62,169 nt of DNA, filler included, from Porpidia crustulata (GCA_964255105.1; 10 parts of 10 records of this genome joined end to end with filler, not necessarily neighbours in it), one strand, 5' to 3'; shown: positions 12,987 to 24,883, counted from the first letter of the whole stretch. Translations and numbers: made by a program. The notes: generated by a model from the sequence alone, not told the origin.

Positions 12987-14189
12987 ATGGCCGACGAATA
13001 CGGCGACGACGCCGATTATGCGGCTGCCTTCAACGCCATATCTGCTCCTACAACCACGGCTCCACATTCAGCAGGAGCCAGCGCGTCCGCCACTACTCCA
13101 GGCAAAATCCAACAACCCACTCCTCAAGCTCTCCCCAACCGCGCTGCCCCGTCTTCTATCCTCGTTTCTGTCCGTCAGAAAGGCAATCCAATCCTCAATA
13201 ATATCCGCTCCTTGCCATGGGAATATGGTGACATCCCCTCGGACTACGTGCTCGGCGCCACTACCTGCGCATTGTTTTTGAGCTTGAAATATCATCGCTT
13301 GCATCCGGAATATATCTATTCAAGAATACGCGCGCTTGGGGGGAAATATAACCTCAGGGTGTTGCTGACGATGGTGGATATACAGAACCATGAAGAGAGT
13401 CTACGGGAACTGAGCAAGACCAGTCTGATTAACAATCTCACATTGATACTCTGCTGGTCGTCCGCAGAAGCTGGTCGGTATCTTGAACTTTTCAAGTCGT
13501 ATGAGCATGCGTCTGCAAATAGCATCAAGGCTCATCAAGCGACGAGCTATGCCGACAAGCTCGTGGAGTTCATCACCGTACCTAGGAGTATCAATAAGAC
13601 GGATGCTGTGGCGCTGGTGAGTGCGTTTGGAAGCATAAGGGCGGCGGCCAATGCGAGGCCGGAAGAAATTGCAGGGGTCAGTGGGTGGGGGGAGAAAAAG
13701 GTCATGAGGTGGTACGGGACAGTGAGGGAACCGTTCCGGATGAGGAAGGCCGCGAAGAGGGGTGTAGGGCTTCAAAGGGGCGAGAGCTCGGTTGGGAGTT
13801 TGAGGGCTAGTTTAGGGGATGTTGGGCGGGAAGACAGTCTTTTCGAGGATGGGGAGGCAGATGCCCTACGACCTGCAAGTAGCGAAGGTCCTACAGCTAT
13901 GCAGGGGGTTAAGTCGGCACCCGATAAAGTTGTTGGGGCTGTTCAACCGCCAAAACCAGGGTCGGGGCTAGAGTCGGAGCGTCCACCGAAGCGATCCGCG
14001 GACGAAGTGCCATTGTGGGAACCTGGGGAAGATGAAGAAGAAGCTTTACTGCTCGCCACAGCGGAAGAGGATGCACTACCATTAAGGTCGAATAGTGATT
14101 CTAATATTATAACGAGAAACGCCACAACCCGGAAAAATGACATGAACGAGGGAATGATGGCTGCATTGGCGAAGTTGAGACAGCAATGA
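12987..14189 (+). CDS. RAD10: ERCC1/Rad10/Swi10 DNA-repair endonuclease subunit
   Basis: RQKGNPIL, DYVLG..CALFLSLKYHRLHPEYI, EAGRYLE and HhH region SINKTDA..LVSAFGS..GWGEKK; no introns. Confidence 0.95.
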   Translation: MADEYGDDADYAAAFNAISAPTTTAPHSAGASASATTPGKIQQPTPQALPNRAAPSSILVSVRQKGNPILNNIRSLPWEYGDIPSDYVLGATTCALFLSLKYHRLHPEYIYSRIRALGGKYNLRVLLTMVDIQNHEESLRELSKTSLINNLTLILCWSSAEAGRYLELFKSYEHASANSIKAHQATSYADKLVEFITVPRSINKTDAVALVSAFGSIRAAANARPEEIAGVSGWGEKKVMRWYGTVREPFRMRKAAKRGVGLQRGESSVGSLRASLGDVGREDSLFEDGEADALRPASSEGPTAMQGVKSAPDKVVGAVQPPKPGSGLESERPPKRSADEVPLWEPGEDEEEALLLATAEEDALPLRSNSDSNIITRNATTRKNDMNEGMMAALAKLRQQ

Positions 14190-14853
14190 GACGGTTTCCA
14201 ACTAAGTTCACATGCACTACAGATCAAGGTCACCTACATTTAGGCACCAGCGCAATGATGTATTTTATCCGAGACCGGGTTGGCCCTTGTGCACTATTCA
14301 GACGAAGCTTTGAGTCGAGAGGTCGAGTACTGCAGTAAGTATAGTTACCTCTTATTTATTATCTCTCTGCGTCGATGCCCGCTGACCATTACCTTTCAAC
14401 AGACTTGACAAAGAAAAGATGACACTACTTTTCGATGGCTTCAGTAATAGGTTGGTTTGAAGCAGCTAGCCATCGCAGCGGTCATTTCCAATTCTTCCCA
14501 AAATTGGAGACATTTTGAATGACTTTCAGTTGGGTCCGCTGGATCTGGATGAATAAATCAATGATCAGGAATCGTATCATTGACCCTCGTCTACTCATCT
14601 TCCACAATGGATGTCAATCAACTCGAAATGGAGTAAAACTATGCCAAGACATTATCCGCTCGCTTAAGCACGAGAAGACGTCACTCCGTGTACTATGACG
14701 ACAACGCCTATACTTACGCTGTACATCCACTACATACCTTAGGTTTAATGCTTCAACAATCTTTCCATCTATAATACTAATCACCTGCACCTCTCTCAAA
14801 ACAATCCAAAAAAAAATACATCCACAAGAACCTACCATCAACCAAATTTCATC

Positions 14854-15391
14854 ATGTCAACTCAAGACGCTCACCCAAAAGGCGGCGACCTCTCCGACAT
14901 GGCCGTCGAAGGCACCACAGTCCCCGCCGACTCCGCAACCCAACGGACTATCCCCTCCGTTCCCCGCCCCAATCAAGTCACCGAACCAACTAACGACCCC
15001 AATAACTACGGTTCCGCCGACTTAGCTGGCGCCGCCGACAACGCCGGTGACATCTCCCGCGTACTTGCTTCCCCTCTCTATTCTCTCCACCGCCCTCCTA
15101 ATCTGCACCCCTCGCCACTCCTCTTGCGCACGAAATCCAGCTAACTCACCCCCTCCTTAAAAGTCAACCAAAGACACCGCCCCTTCGGCTGACATCATAA
15201 CCGGCACCGGCGACTCCCTCCCCACCGACGTCGGCGCTAAGAGGCTGCACAACGTTGCGAGTGGGGACGTCAGTAAGGGGCATCCAAGGTATGATAAGCA
15301 TGTGCGGCAGAAGGGGAGTGAATTGGATGAGCAGACGACGGATGCTGCGGCGCAGGAGGATGTGGTGGATGGGGTTGTTGGTGGGCGGTAG
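14854..15391 (+). CDS. Small hydrophilic protein (144 aa), unknown function; exons 14854-15060 and 15164-15391
   Basis: ATG in ATCATG context; GTACTT donor, GCTAAC branch, AAG acceptor give a continuous D/T/G/A-rich frame ending at TAG. Confidence 0.75.
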
Positions 15392-15932
15392 GAAGGGTGT
15401 GGAAGATATCTGGAGGGGGGAGTGATGGGAAGGGTATGCGTGATGGGGAAGTTCTGCGGTCGAATTTTACCAGATGCTGCGCCAGGGGGCTTTGGAGCTG
15501 GCGGGGAATGGAGTAAGGAAGAAGGGCAGTAGGAAATTTGATCAAAGAGGAACAATGAGATTCAATGCGGAGACCATTGAGATACTGAAGAGCGAAGAAA
15601 ACAGTCACGCACGTAGGATTTCTCATTTATCCTTTCATACAAGTGGCATGGACTATACGACAGACCCGAACACTTTTCACGCCCTTACATCTCCATATCA
15701 AGCCATACACAACAGTTCATGTCCGCTGCTAATGGCTTATTGTCCCTCAGCATTTCCTTCAAACCGAAGTAGAATGATGATTCTGTGAATCTATTCATTT
15801 GTCCATGTAGCTACATGGAGGAAGCCGAGAGATGATCATTTTGTGATGCACGAGAAGGTTATGACAAGTTGTTTGAAATTGTGACGATTAAACAGTAAGA
15901 CTCAGGAGCGACATTCGTGCTGCAGAGGTAGA

Positions 15933-15950
15933 AAGAGAGAGAGAGAGAGA
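15933..15950. repeat. (AG)n microsatellite
   Basis: agagagagagagagaga. Confidence 0.85.
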
Positions 15951-17858
15951 TACTGTGCACTGCAAATGTGTTACAGACAGATGCTTATGACGTATTATAC
16001 TACGTGGATAATATAGAAAACAAGAATATAAGAAAGATATGATCTTACGATACACAGAGTTAGCATTCAGCACCCATTTCAGGTGCTGCTGAGCATTGTT
16101 TATTGTTGATAATTTCCGACCCCAATAGGCTAGCCCTAGGATGAGGCTAGCCAGACTGCAGGGTCTTGACCTCGGAATCCCCCTTCTCCTACATACCATC
16201 TACATCAACATAAGCTTATGTATGATCATCGTAAATACCTAATCCGATTGCCTACTAACCCGTTATGATCGCCATGATGCAGAACATGCAGCAGCGCATG
16301 GTTGAGGCTAGGAGAAAACGATCGCATACCCCGAGGGGCAAGACAGAAACTCTCGGATACGTACGCACAAGATGCGAGCTCCAAAGATTTTCCCAGCACA
16401 TAGAAAACGCAAAGAGAAACCAAGGGACTCCATACCAATAAGTCAGTAAGGCAATTATAGCAACTGCATAGGCGAAATAGGAAAAAATCGGAAATTGCAA
16501 GGCAGATAATCACATTTCCACAGCGAATAGAGTCCAATGGCAGGCCGGTTGTCGGGCGAGTCAGGGTCCATACTAACGTGAGAGAGTGTGTGGCATCCAC
16601 CTAGGTACTATTATGTATGTGATTTATCACTGAAGATTCCATGGAGGTGCCCTTCCACCTCACTAGAAGTGGAGTGGAGGAAAGGCCTCGCCCCCCAGAA
16701 TATTGAAATTAGGACCCCAATCCACCTCGGGTGAATCGGGAGAGGATTAGTTTTACTACCTACATCCAATCGACAAGCCGAACAGATTTGATTACATCTC
16801 TATCACTCGAATGAGCTTGTTCATCTCAGCATTCCCAGTTTGACAAGTATCGAAACGTACAATATTAGAAATCTCCTATAACTCAATTTCAGATACAGCC
16901 TGCATGATACTGCAAGCAATGTCCACGTCTTTTGTGATACTTCCTTTGAATGGACAGATATCATATGATACAGCCACTGGAATAGCTGGCCGATTACACA
17001 AATAGGGAAGACGATCATTGGTTCGCTATAGAGCGACGACAACAGATTCTACGATTCAAGTCTTGATTCGCTCTTCCAGCGGCATCTGTATGGTGGTAAG
17101 ACTGGCGATGCCTTCCGACGAGCTCCAAAATGTGAGTCTTGTATCTCGGCACTGGAAAGTTCAATTTGGAATTCATCTCTTATTCTCCTTCTAGTTGATC
17201 CTTCCAGCATTCTCGTCTCCTTGATGACTGAGCTTCTTTGTTCGGCATCTATAGTGATGCGGCGCTGTATTCCTACTCTGATGACGCTTACAATTTGTAT
17301 GTTCTTTCGGCATTCGACTGATCAATTCTCGTTTTTAATGAAGCCGTCGCATCGAGACTCGATATCATGAAGATCGTCGAAGATCAACATCTTTTTAGTC
17401 CTCATTGCGGCTGGACAAGCTGCCTCGTGTCCGCCAATTTACAGTCCGAAACACTGTTGCGGGAGAGTATATCAAGAATGGCAGCTGGAAAGAAGATCGT
17501 CAGCCTTGTGCGAACATGTCCGAATAGGTCGTGTGATGCCTTTTTGGCTTAAGCTTACAACTTTCTTACGATCTGAGTCAAGGTTCAACTTAAACGAAGG
17601 CTACCACCGAGATAGCTGAAGGAAATGCTCGTCTTCGCAGATCTCATTTCATCAAAAGATACAAGCGAGACGGTATGGGCCCTCTGAATTGAGATAAAGG
17701 ACCACTGCTCTGCTCTTCTTCTTCCTTTCCTTTCCTTTAACATATCATCTCTTTCTCTTCTGATCTCAATCGTCTCCCAAAATCGACTTCAGCACTTGCA
17801 ACATTACAGTCCCCTTGCGTAACCAGCTCATCAACTGGATATTCCGCCGACCAAAACA

Positions 17859-18409
17859 ATACTTTTCACCAAGAGTTGGGCCTCGGCTTTGGCTGTCGTT
17901 GGCTTGACACAACTGCCGTTCATCAATGCAGTCCCACAGGCAAACCCTTGTAAGTAGTACCTCACGTTTGTGCCGCTACATTACAAGTTACGGTCATTGA
18001 TCTTGCCACAGATCCCTGCACAAAGATCGGTGACCCCTGCAAATTTACTGGCAACTATCTCGATTACACGGAGCCTGCTTGCGTAGCCCCACTGGGTTTC
18101 GGTAGTACCACAATCCCAGAAACAGTGATCTATAAATCCGGGGGCCTCGGCGGCGGAACCGCAACGTGCAATACTGTCACCAAGGCACTTCAATTCACGT
18201 CTATCAGGTTCGACTACGACGGTGTACCCAAAACAGGTCACTCCCTCGACGCGATAGTATCTGCTATGATATTCTGGCCCTCAGGAGATTGTTCGGGAAA
18301 GTCATTGAAGTACTATCCCATCGCAAAACAGACGAACGGCGTTTACAGCACCGGCTGTGTTAAGAGAATCCCAGCGGTCGGCTCATCCTTCAAAGTGGTT
18401 GCCCGCTAG
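17859..18409 (+). CDS. Small secreted cysteine-rich protein (162 aa, 6 Cys) with ATA at the expected start; exons 17859-17949 and 18012-18409
   Basis: Signal-peptide-like LFTKSWASALAVVGLTQLPFINA-VP; GTAAGT...CAG intron 17950-18011 joins in frame to ORF 18125..18409. Confidence 0.7.
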
Positions 18410-18641
18410 TATTTTGATATGATATGGGAAGAAATATCAATGCTACGATCCCGTTGGGCGATGCTGGTTTTCTTTATACTTCCCGGCGTGGCCTAAACTT
18501 CAGAATCTACGTTGGAATTGTGATTGAGTCTCTCTCTAGCAGAAAGCACTGCCGACGGCACCGTACCCAGTTGACGCATTTTTATATTTCTGTAACGGTT
18601 GTCCCTTTAACAACACAAGATATAAACAGAGAGAGTAATAG

Positions 18642-18741
18642 NNNNNNNNNNNNNNNNNNNNNNNNNNNNNNNNNNNNNNNNNNNNTTAATTAATTAANNN
18701 NNNNNNNNNNNNNNNNNNNNNNNNNNNNNNNNNNNNNNNNN
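18642..18741. other. Artificial contig linker
   Basis: N44-TTAATTAATTAA-N44. Confidence 0.98.
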
Positions 18742-18943
18742 TGTGTCTCGTTTGAGGGTAGACTACGTTACCTTACCTATCTTACCTAATACGTGTATTC
18801 CATCATCAAAGATTCTCAACACGAGGATAGTATAGTAGCATAAATAGGTACTATTCCCTAATTACGCTGGACCGAAGAGGATTGCTGTAAGAGAAGTGAA
18901 TATCTACTATCTACTTCTTTCACGGTTCACCTCTGAGATCAAA

Positions 18944-20032
18944 ATGGCCCGGAAAGAAACCGTAAGTGAGACTGCACTGAAATTCTCCTGTGGATGTTGT
19001 CAAGTCAGTGGATCTGTTACTTTTCCATCCTCAGCTTTACCTTTACCGATAAGTCTTTGCCATTGTGGTAGCTGCCGCCATTCTACAGGTCAGCTATGTA
19101 CTTCCGTTGCTTCTTTGCCGGAAAAGTCTGTTTCTCTATTTGTCAGTGGAAAATTAAAGGAATACGAATCATGTCTCCATATGACAAGATTTTTCTGTGA
19201 GCATTGTGGTGCTTCGATTTACGGTGGAAACAGCGCTCAAGATATAGCGATTATTTATACTGGTGTCTTGGAAGATCCTAAGGGTCTTATAAAACTGCAA
19301 AATCATGAACATGTGGCGGATACTAAAGACGGGGGTTTGAGTATTTGGCTCCCCAATGTTCCAATATGGGAAGACCAACCCCGTAAGAGCCAGCCAAAAC
19401 CACTCACTTCAAGAACTGAGCAAAATTACTCGATGGTAGGCAAGACTGACTACAGTCTCAGCCTCCAATGCCATTGCAGCTGTGGGGGCGTAGGTTTTTG
19501 CATCACCCGTCCAGATCAGCACTCCGCGGACTTTTCTTGTCCCTGGCCTGACCTAATTGTTCCATACCATTCTACCTCCCCATTGAATACCGAGGACGCA
19601 AAATGGTGGCTTTGCCAAAAGAACACGAAGTACCTTGCTGGGACGTGCGCTTGCAAATCCTGCCGGTTAATATCCGGTAGTGATATTCAGGCGTGGGCCT
19701 TTGTACCCCGGAGTAATATATTCCAACTTGATGGCAAAAGCCTCGACTTCACTATGGGCACGCTGAAGCAATATTCAAGCTCAGAAGGGGTATACCGAGA
19801 ATTCTGTGGTACATGCGGAGCTACAGTCTTCTGGCACTGTGATGAAAGGCCCGATCTGATTGACGTGAGTGTTGGGCTCTTGAACGCAGACTGTGGGGCC
19901 CGAGTAGAATCCTGGCTGAGTTGGTGGACTGAGAGGGTCAGTTTTGAGGAGGACGCTAATAATAAGGAAATGATATCTAGTTTGAGTATTGGAATAAAGA
20001 ATTGGGGTGAAAGGAACGACGTTACCGATTAA
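18944..20032 (+). CDS. Tandem GFA/Mss4-like (DUF636) zinc-binding protein
   Basis: Two copies of CxC...CxCxxCR...RxFCxxCG (CHCGSCR/RFFCEHCG and CACKSCR/REFCGTCG). Confidence 0.88.
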   Translation: MARKETVSETALKFSCGCCQVSGSVTFPSSALPLPISLCHCGSCRHSTGQLCTSVASLPEKSVSLFVSGKLKEYESCLHMTRFFCEHCGASIYGGNSAQDIAIIYTGVLEDPKGLIKLQNHEHVADTKDGGLSIWLPNVPIWEDQPRKSQPKPLTSRTEQNYSMVGKTDYSLSLQCHCSCGGVGFCITRPDQHSADFSCPWPDLIVPYHSTSPLNTEDAKWWLCQKNTKYLAGTCACKSCRLISGSDIQAWAFVPRSNIFQLDGKSLDFTMGTLKQYSSSEGVYREFCGTCGATVFWHCDERPDLIDVSVGLLNADCGARVESWLSWWTERVSFEEDANNKEMISSLSIGIKNWGERNDVTD

Positions 20033-20804
20033 GAAAGATCTACAGAACACCAAGGGATGTTCGATCCTGGAAATGCCCTTCTCTCGTTTTCAATGATCTG
20101 TTCCACATCATCCTGTGACCGCCGGTCTTGTCGAATGGTCCAATATGGCTCAAGACCTACTTGGTATTAGTTGAATCGAGTCTGAGTCTACATACTCACT
20201 TCATAGGGCCATCTATGCAAAAGAGCACAATAATTATGGAGTTACAACAATCGAGCAGATGTTCTCTGATTTAGGAGATGTCAAAATCCGTAACATATGT
20301 CTCTTCAAATTATTAGTGAACAGCCTTCAGACAACAATGATTGGGGTGAAATGTGTTCAAATCTATTATGCTGATAGCTCTAATTAAGTCTTTCGGAGGA
20401 GGCTAGCATCCCCAAATAAAAGTTTTGACTTGACTATGCAGCTCATGGAATAGGTAAACTGGCACACCACAGGCATAGGATACAAAGATCCCGGTGATTA
20501 TTGGAATCATTCACGTGATCTTCGCGCTTGTGTATTTTCGTCCTAGGGAAGTATCTTAGTAAGCGCATTTTCATGACGATCCTTTCAATTCAGTTCTTGC
20601 CCCACAAAATGAAGGAGCCTAGCACACATTCTAAAGTCCAGGTTGTATCAAGCTATCCTACAATCATTGACGTCGACGACAACAAGCGCACCAGGCCGCA
20701 CGCAACGTATAATATTTGTCGGTCATTCAAAATTGTTTTGATGTCTGATGCTTGTCGATGAAAGCTTTGCGCCAAAGCCACACCTAGCTCGAAGAGGCAC
20801 AAAC

Positions 20805-23800
20805 ATGTCGTTTTATCGACCAGAGATCTATCGCCCTTCTATCAACGACCTTCCACCACCTCCTCCTCCCCCAGAATTGCCACCTCTTCCCAAAGGTCCA
20901 CCGCCTCCAGCGAACAAGCACCGCGGCGGCGATTCGTGGCGACCACCAGACAGGGACTCACACCAGAGCCAAAGGGCTGAATTCACATTTCGTAATAGCA
21001 ATAACGCTCCCGAGTATCCCTGCGATAGCGATCAGTATAGGCCAACGCGCTCCCGACAGTATGCAGCGCATGAAAATGAACAGGCATATAGCCATAATCA
21101 CCAGCAGCCCGATCGCAGTCGCGACGATGACCGGGGAAGGCATCCTAGGAATCTGAATCAGACTCAACGTGGACGAGGCTATCGTGTTGCTACTGCCGAC
21201 AGGCCCCTACTGAGATTGAAGCGAGGAGATACGCCAGAACGAATGATGGGAATGGTTGACGATCAACATGTTTCAAAGCGTTTCCTTCCAGCGGATGACG
21301 TTTCGGACAGTGGGGAGGAACAGATGGACGAATCCGAGACTGACCTTGATCAACTTGTTACTCTAGGTGTAGGCCAAGGTGATGAGGAAGTCTTGCCACA
21401 TTCAGAACTTGCCCAAGATCAGTCCTCAGACGACTTGCTTCAACCACCATTAAAGAGACGGGCTCTCGGTCCTGACAAGAACGGATTCAAAGAGGACATC
21501 GTCCCGAAATGGTCGAATCCAGATCCCTATACTGTGCTTCCTCCGGTTGACGAGTCTCAGCGAAAGAGGAAAGACGTCGTGAAAATCATCCGCAAAGCTC
21601 GTATAGTTTCTGATAAGGAAATCACTGTACAAAGCCAAGTGGTGAGCAATGCCGACTTTATCTCGTTCGGTGGCGAGGCAGAAATTTCTTCAGCTGAAAA
21701 TGTCACTCAAAGCCTCAAGAATGAAACGGAACCTCTAACGCGGTTTCCCAAGACCGCGAGCGCGCGTCGTGAATTTAGTCACCTCCAAAATCTGCATGTC
21801 CAAGAGACGAGCGACCCTGATAACACACGAATTCCGGTGTTGTCCACTCGTCGCACACCTTCGCTTACACAACCCACGAGGGAATTTCAAGCCAAGCCTG
21901 AAACCTTCACGTTGGATACTCCAACTTACGACCCCGCGGTTGGAAACGAAGGGAGCGAACCGCCAAATCCTAGGAAGCGAAAGCGCGGCTCAGGAATGGC
22001 GAATGGATCGTTAGCCCAAGATTGGGTCCCCGTCAGAGGGGCAGAATCCACACCCTGGCTAGTTAGAAGAGAAGAACCGAGTGAAAACGCTGGGTTTCGG
22101 TAGTTTGCCCCATCCTCTCGAAGGCTTACAATTTGTTGACCTATGCTTGCAGGCTACACAAAGAGATTTGTGATTTTTACGATTTTGTCAGACCTCAAAA
22201 GTTTGAACAGACGGTTCGAGAAGAATTGCTGGATCGTTTGCAATCAGCCGTGAAAATTCAACTCCCAAATTGCAACATCCACTGCTTCGGGTCTTTCGCT
22301 GCTGGCCTATACCTGCCAAATGCTGACATGGACCTAGTCATAATATCAAATGAGTATCGCAGCTTCGGACAGAAGGTCGCCTGCCAAAGTAATAGCCAAA
22401 TGCATAAATTTGGCAGGTATCTTCAAAATCAGGGGATTGCCAAGACCGGCTCATTAGAGGTCATCACTGGGGCTAAAGTACCGATCGTAAAGTTCGTCGA
22501 TAGGATCACTTCTATTAAAGTTGACGTTTCTTTTGAGAACGAGACAGGACTTATAGCCAACAACACTTTTTCTCATTGGAAGAAGCAATACCCTGCAATT
22601 CCCATCTTAGTCACATTGATCAAACAGTTCCTCATGATGAGGGGCCTGAATGAAGTCCAGTTTGGAGGGCTTGGTGGGCTTTCAGTCACTTGCTTAGTGA
22701 CAAGTATGCTACAGAATATGCCACGCGTACAGACTGGAGAGGTAATTCCCGAACAGCATCTTGGTGAGATGCTAATCGAGTTTCTGGACCTTTACGGAAA
22801 CAGACTTGATATTTCGCGAACTGGCATATCGATGAACCCTCCTGGCTACTTCAATAAAGTAAGTCATGTCATTTTTGCCTATTTTGCCTATCTGCGACTG
22901 ATTTTCACTCTCAAGAATCAAGTTCAAGACCGAATGTATGCGCGTCAGGCCAGCAAACCAGATCGCCTGGCCATCATGGACCCAAACAATCCAGATAATG
23001 ACGTGTCCGGAGGTTCAAAGAACGCATCTTTGATACTCGATCGCTTTTCTCGTGCTCATCAAGAAATCTTGGTAGCAATGCGATCCGAGGGCCGCCCAAG
23101 TCTTTTGGACTGGCTACTTGGCGGGAACTATGAAGCTTTCCTCTGGCAGCGAAACCATCTCCGTTGGCTTTATACACAACGCTGGGGTCAGCCAGCCGAG
23201 GACACAGTAGCGTAAGGGTTTCCTCCTTTTCTTTCATGGCTATATCTGAGGTGCTGTTGGGCAGTGTTCAAAGCCAGATCCAGACCCTCAGCAAAGGCTC
23301 GAATCTAGCAAAATCTGTACAGAAGGGGACTCCACGTGTAAACCCTAGTCTCCTTGCCAATCCCATAGTGCCAGGTGTTGTCGTTAAGCCTAATGCACAG
23401 AAAGCTAACAAACAGTTGGGTAAGAAGAAAACGGAAGGTTCAAAATCGAAACCGACCAAAAAAGAGAAGGGGAACTTCGAACGAGACTATCTTGAGATGA
23501 TACCATCAAAACTTGAGAAGAACAAGCTCTCACAGCCAACACCTGACGAGCATAGAGCCACTGACTTGAAACGTTCGTATCCAGGAATTAAGGGCGTTGG
23601 AAAGGCAATCACAAGGAAACGTCGGAAGCAGTTAATCGCCCAACAAAACGAGAATCTAGTTCTCGCCATGCCTCCTCAAAAGGTTCCTTCGGGTCCAAAG
23701 CATTCGGCGAAGAAACAGAAGACTCCTAAGGACAATTTCTCATCGGTCAAGCAGCTTTCCGGTGCTACTACCGTACCAGTTCAAAGAAAATTTACTGGCC

Positions 23801-23931
23801 AAAGCCGCTCGGCGAGAAGACAAAAGGTCTAGAATAACTCATCCTTGCTGGCCGTAAATAAGGAAAGGCTAACTGAAGTCTCGAAGATCACGGGCGGGGT
23901 GTCTAGAGAGAATCCCATCACGATCGATTAA
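20805..23931 (+). CDS. TRF4: Non-canonical poly(A) polymerase of the TRAMP complex (Trf4/5, Cid14)
   Basis: FGSFAAGLYLPNADMD nucleotidyltransferase motif, AKVPIVKF, LNEVQFGGLGG, MDPNNPDNDVSGGS. Introns about 22100-22152, about 22859-22916, 23212-23264 and 23827-23886. Confidence 0.88.
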
Positions 23932-24345
23932 TTGCACTCACACGTACAATGTTCTAGTGCAAGGACCAGACTGGGGGGGAGAGGAATATGTGCATATCGG
24001 GACTAAATGACATGGCTGGAAGCGAAATGAAGTGCATTTTCTTATTTATGATGGTATTGCATATGTCAGGCATATGCTGACGACACAATCATAGGTCTGG
24101 CGTTCGATATTCCTGTCCAGAACACCCTTTGCTTTAGTGTACTATGGACTACCGAACAGCGAGGATATCGCTTTGAGCTATGGCGTGGAGCTGCAACGGC
24201 GGACTTCAAGCTATGAGGTCGAACTTGATCATATTTTGATATTCTATTTTTACGGCCCTTGCACGTGTCCATCGTTTCTGCTAGATTGGCTTCGCACTAT
24301 ACCTCTAAATCTCGCATCTGGGGGCTCCACAAGATCTTTCTATAT

Positions 24346-24559
24346 CTGACGACGCTATCTCACCGTCAGTAGCTGTCAGTCACATCAGACCCCCCGACTT
24401 CCAACCCCACCGCTACTCAACGCTCGATATCCAGGAACTCAAACGGGTTCCTCTGATCGAGCGCGAGTAAAAGCACCGTGGCGGAAGTCTTCTTTCTCAC
24501 CAGTGGGTTTTGCTTTATGCAGGCCTCTGGAGGGGGTGAAGCCCACGCACGGCCCTGGT
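24346..24559. ncRNA. Putative structured RNA element (three consecutive stem-loops), family not recognised
   Basis: Nested complementary segments GACTTCC/GGAAGTC, CCAC/GTGG, TACTC/GAGTA, CGCTCGAT/ATCGAGCG, AGGAACTC/GGGTTCCT; flanking stems CTGACG/CGTCAG, ACCAG/CTGGT and GTGGGTTT/AAGCCCAC. Confidence 0.4.
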
Positions 24560-24883
24560 AATTATCAAACAGTGGACTAATTATTTTCAAGTAAAGTAGG
24601 ATTTATCCTATTAATCCGCTCTCATAATCTAACCACTTAAAAAAAATCATATCTGCAACAACAGACAATGCCGGTCCATAAACCTTCTATCGAGCGCAAT
24701 TAAACACCAACAATACTCAGGATATCAAGGTCATGAATCCCCTGGCTCGAAGTTAGGTGCTTTCCTCCCTCAAATTGATATCCGACGTATCTGCTCGCAA
24801 ACAGCTTTCTTATAGATTAAGAGCCACGAGTCACGGCATCGGCCGAGGTTGTGGGATTTCTTGGGGGGGGAAGGGAAGGGAAG

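Noticed and set aside
24221..24230. GAACTTGATC as part of a TPP riboswitch
   Set aside because: CTGAGA and TAATNCCAGCG elements are missing and no thiamine gene is adjacent
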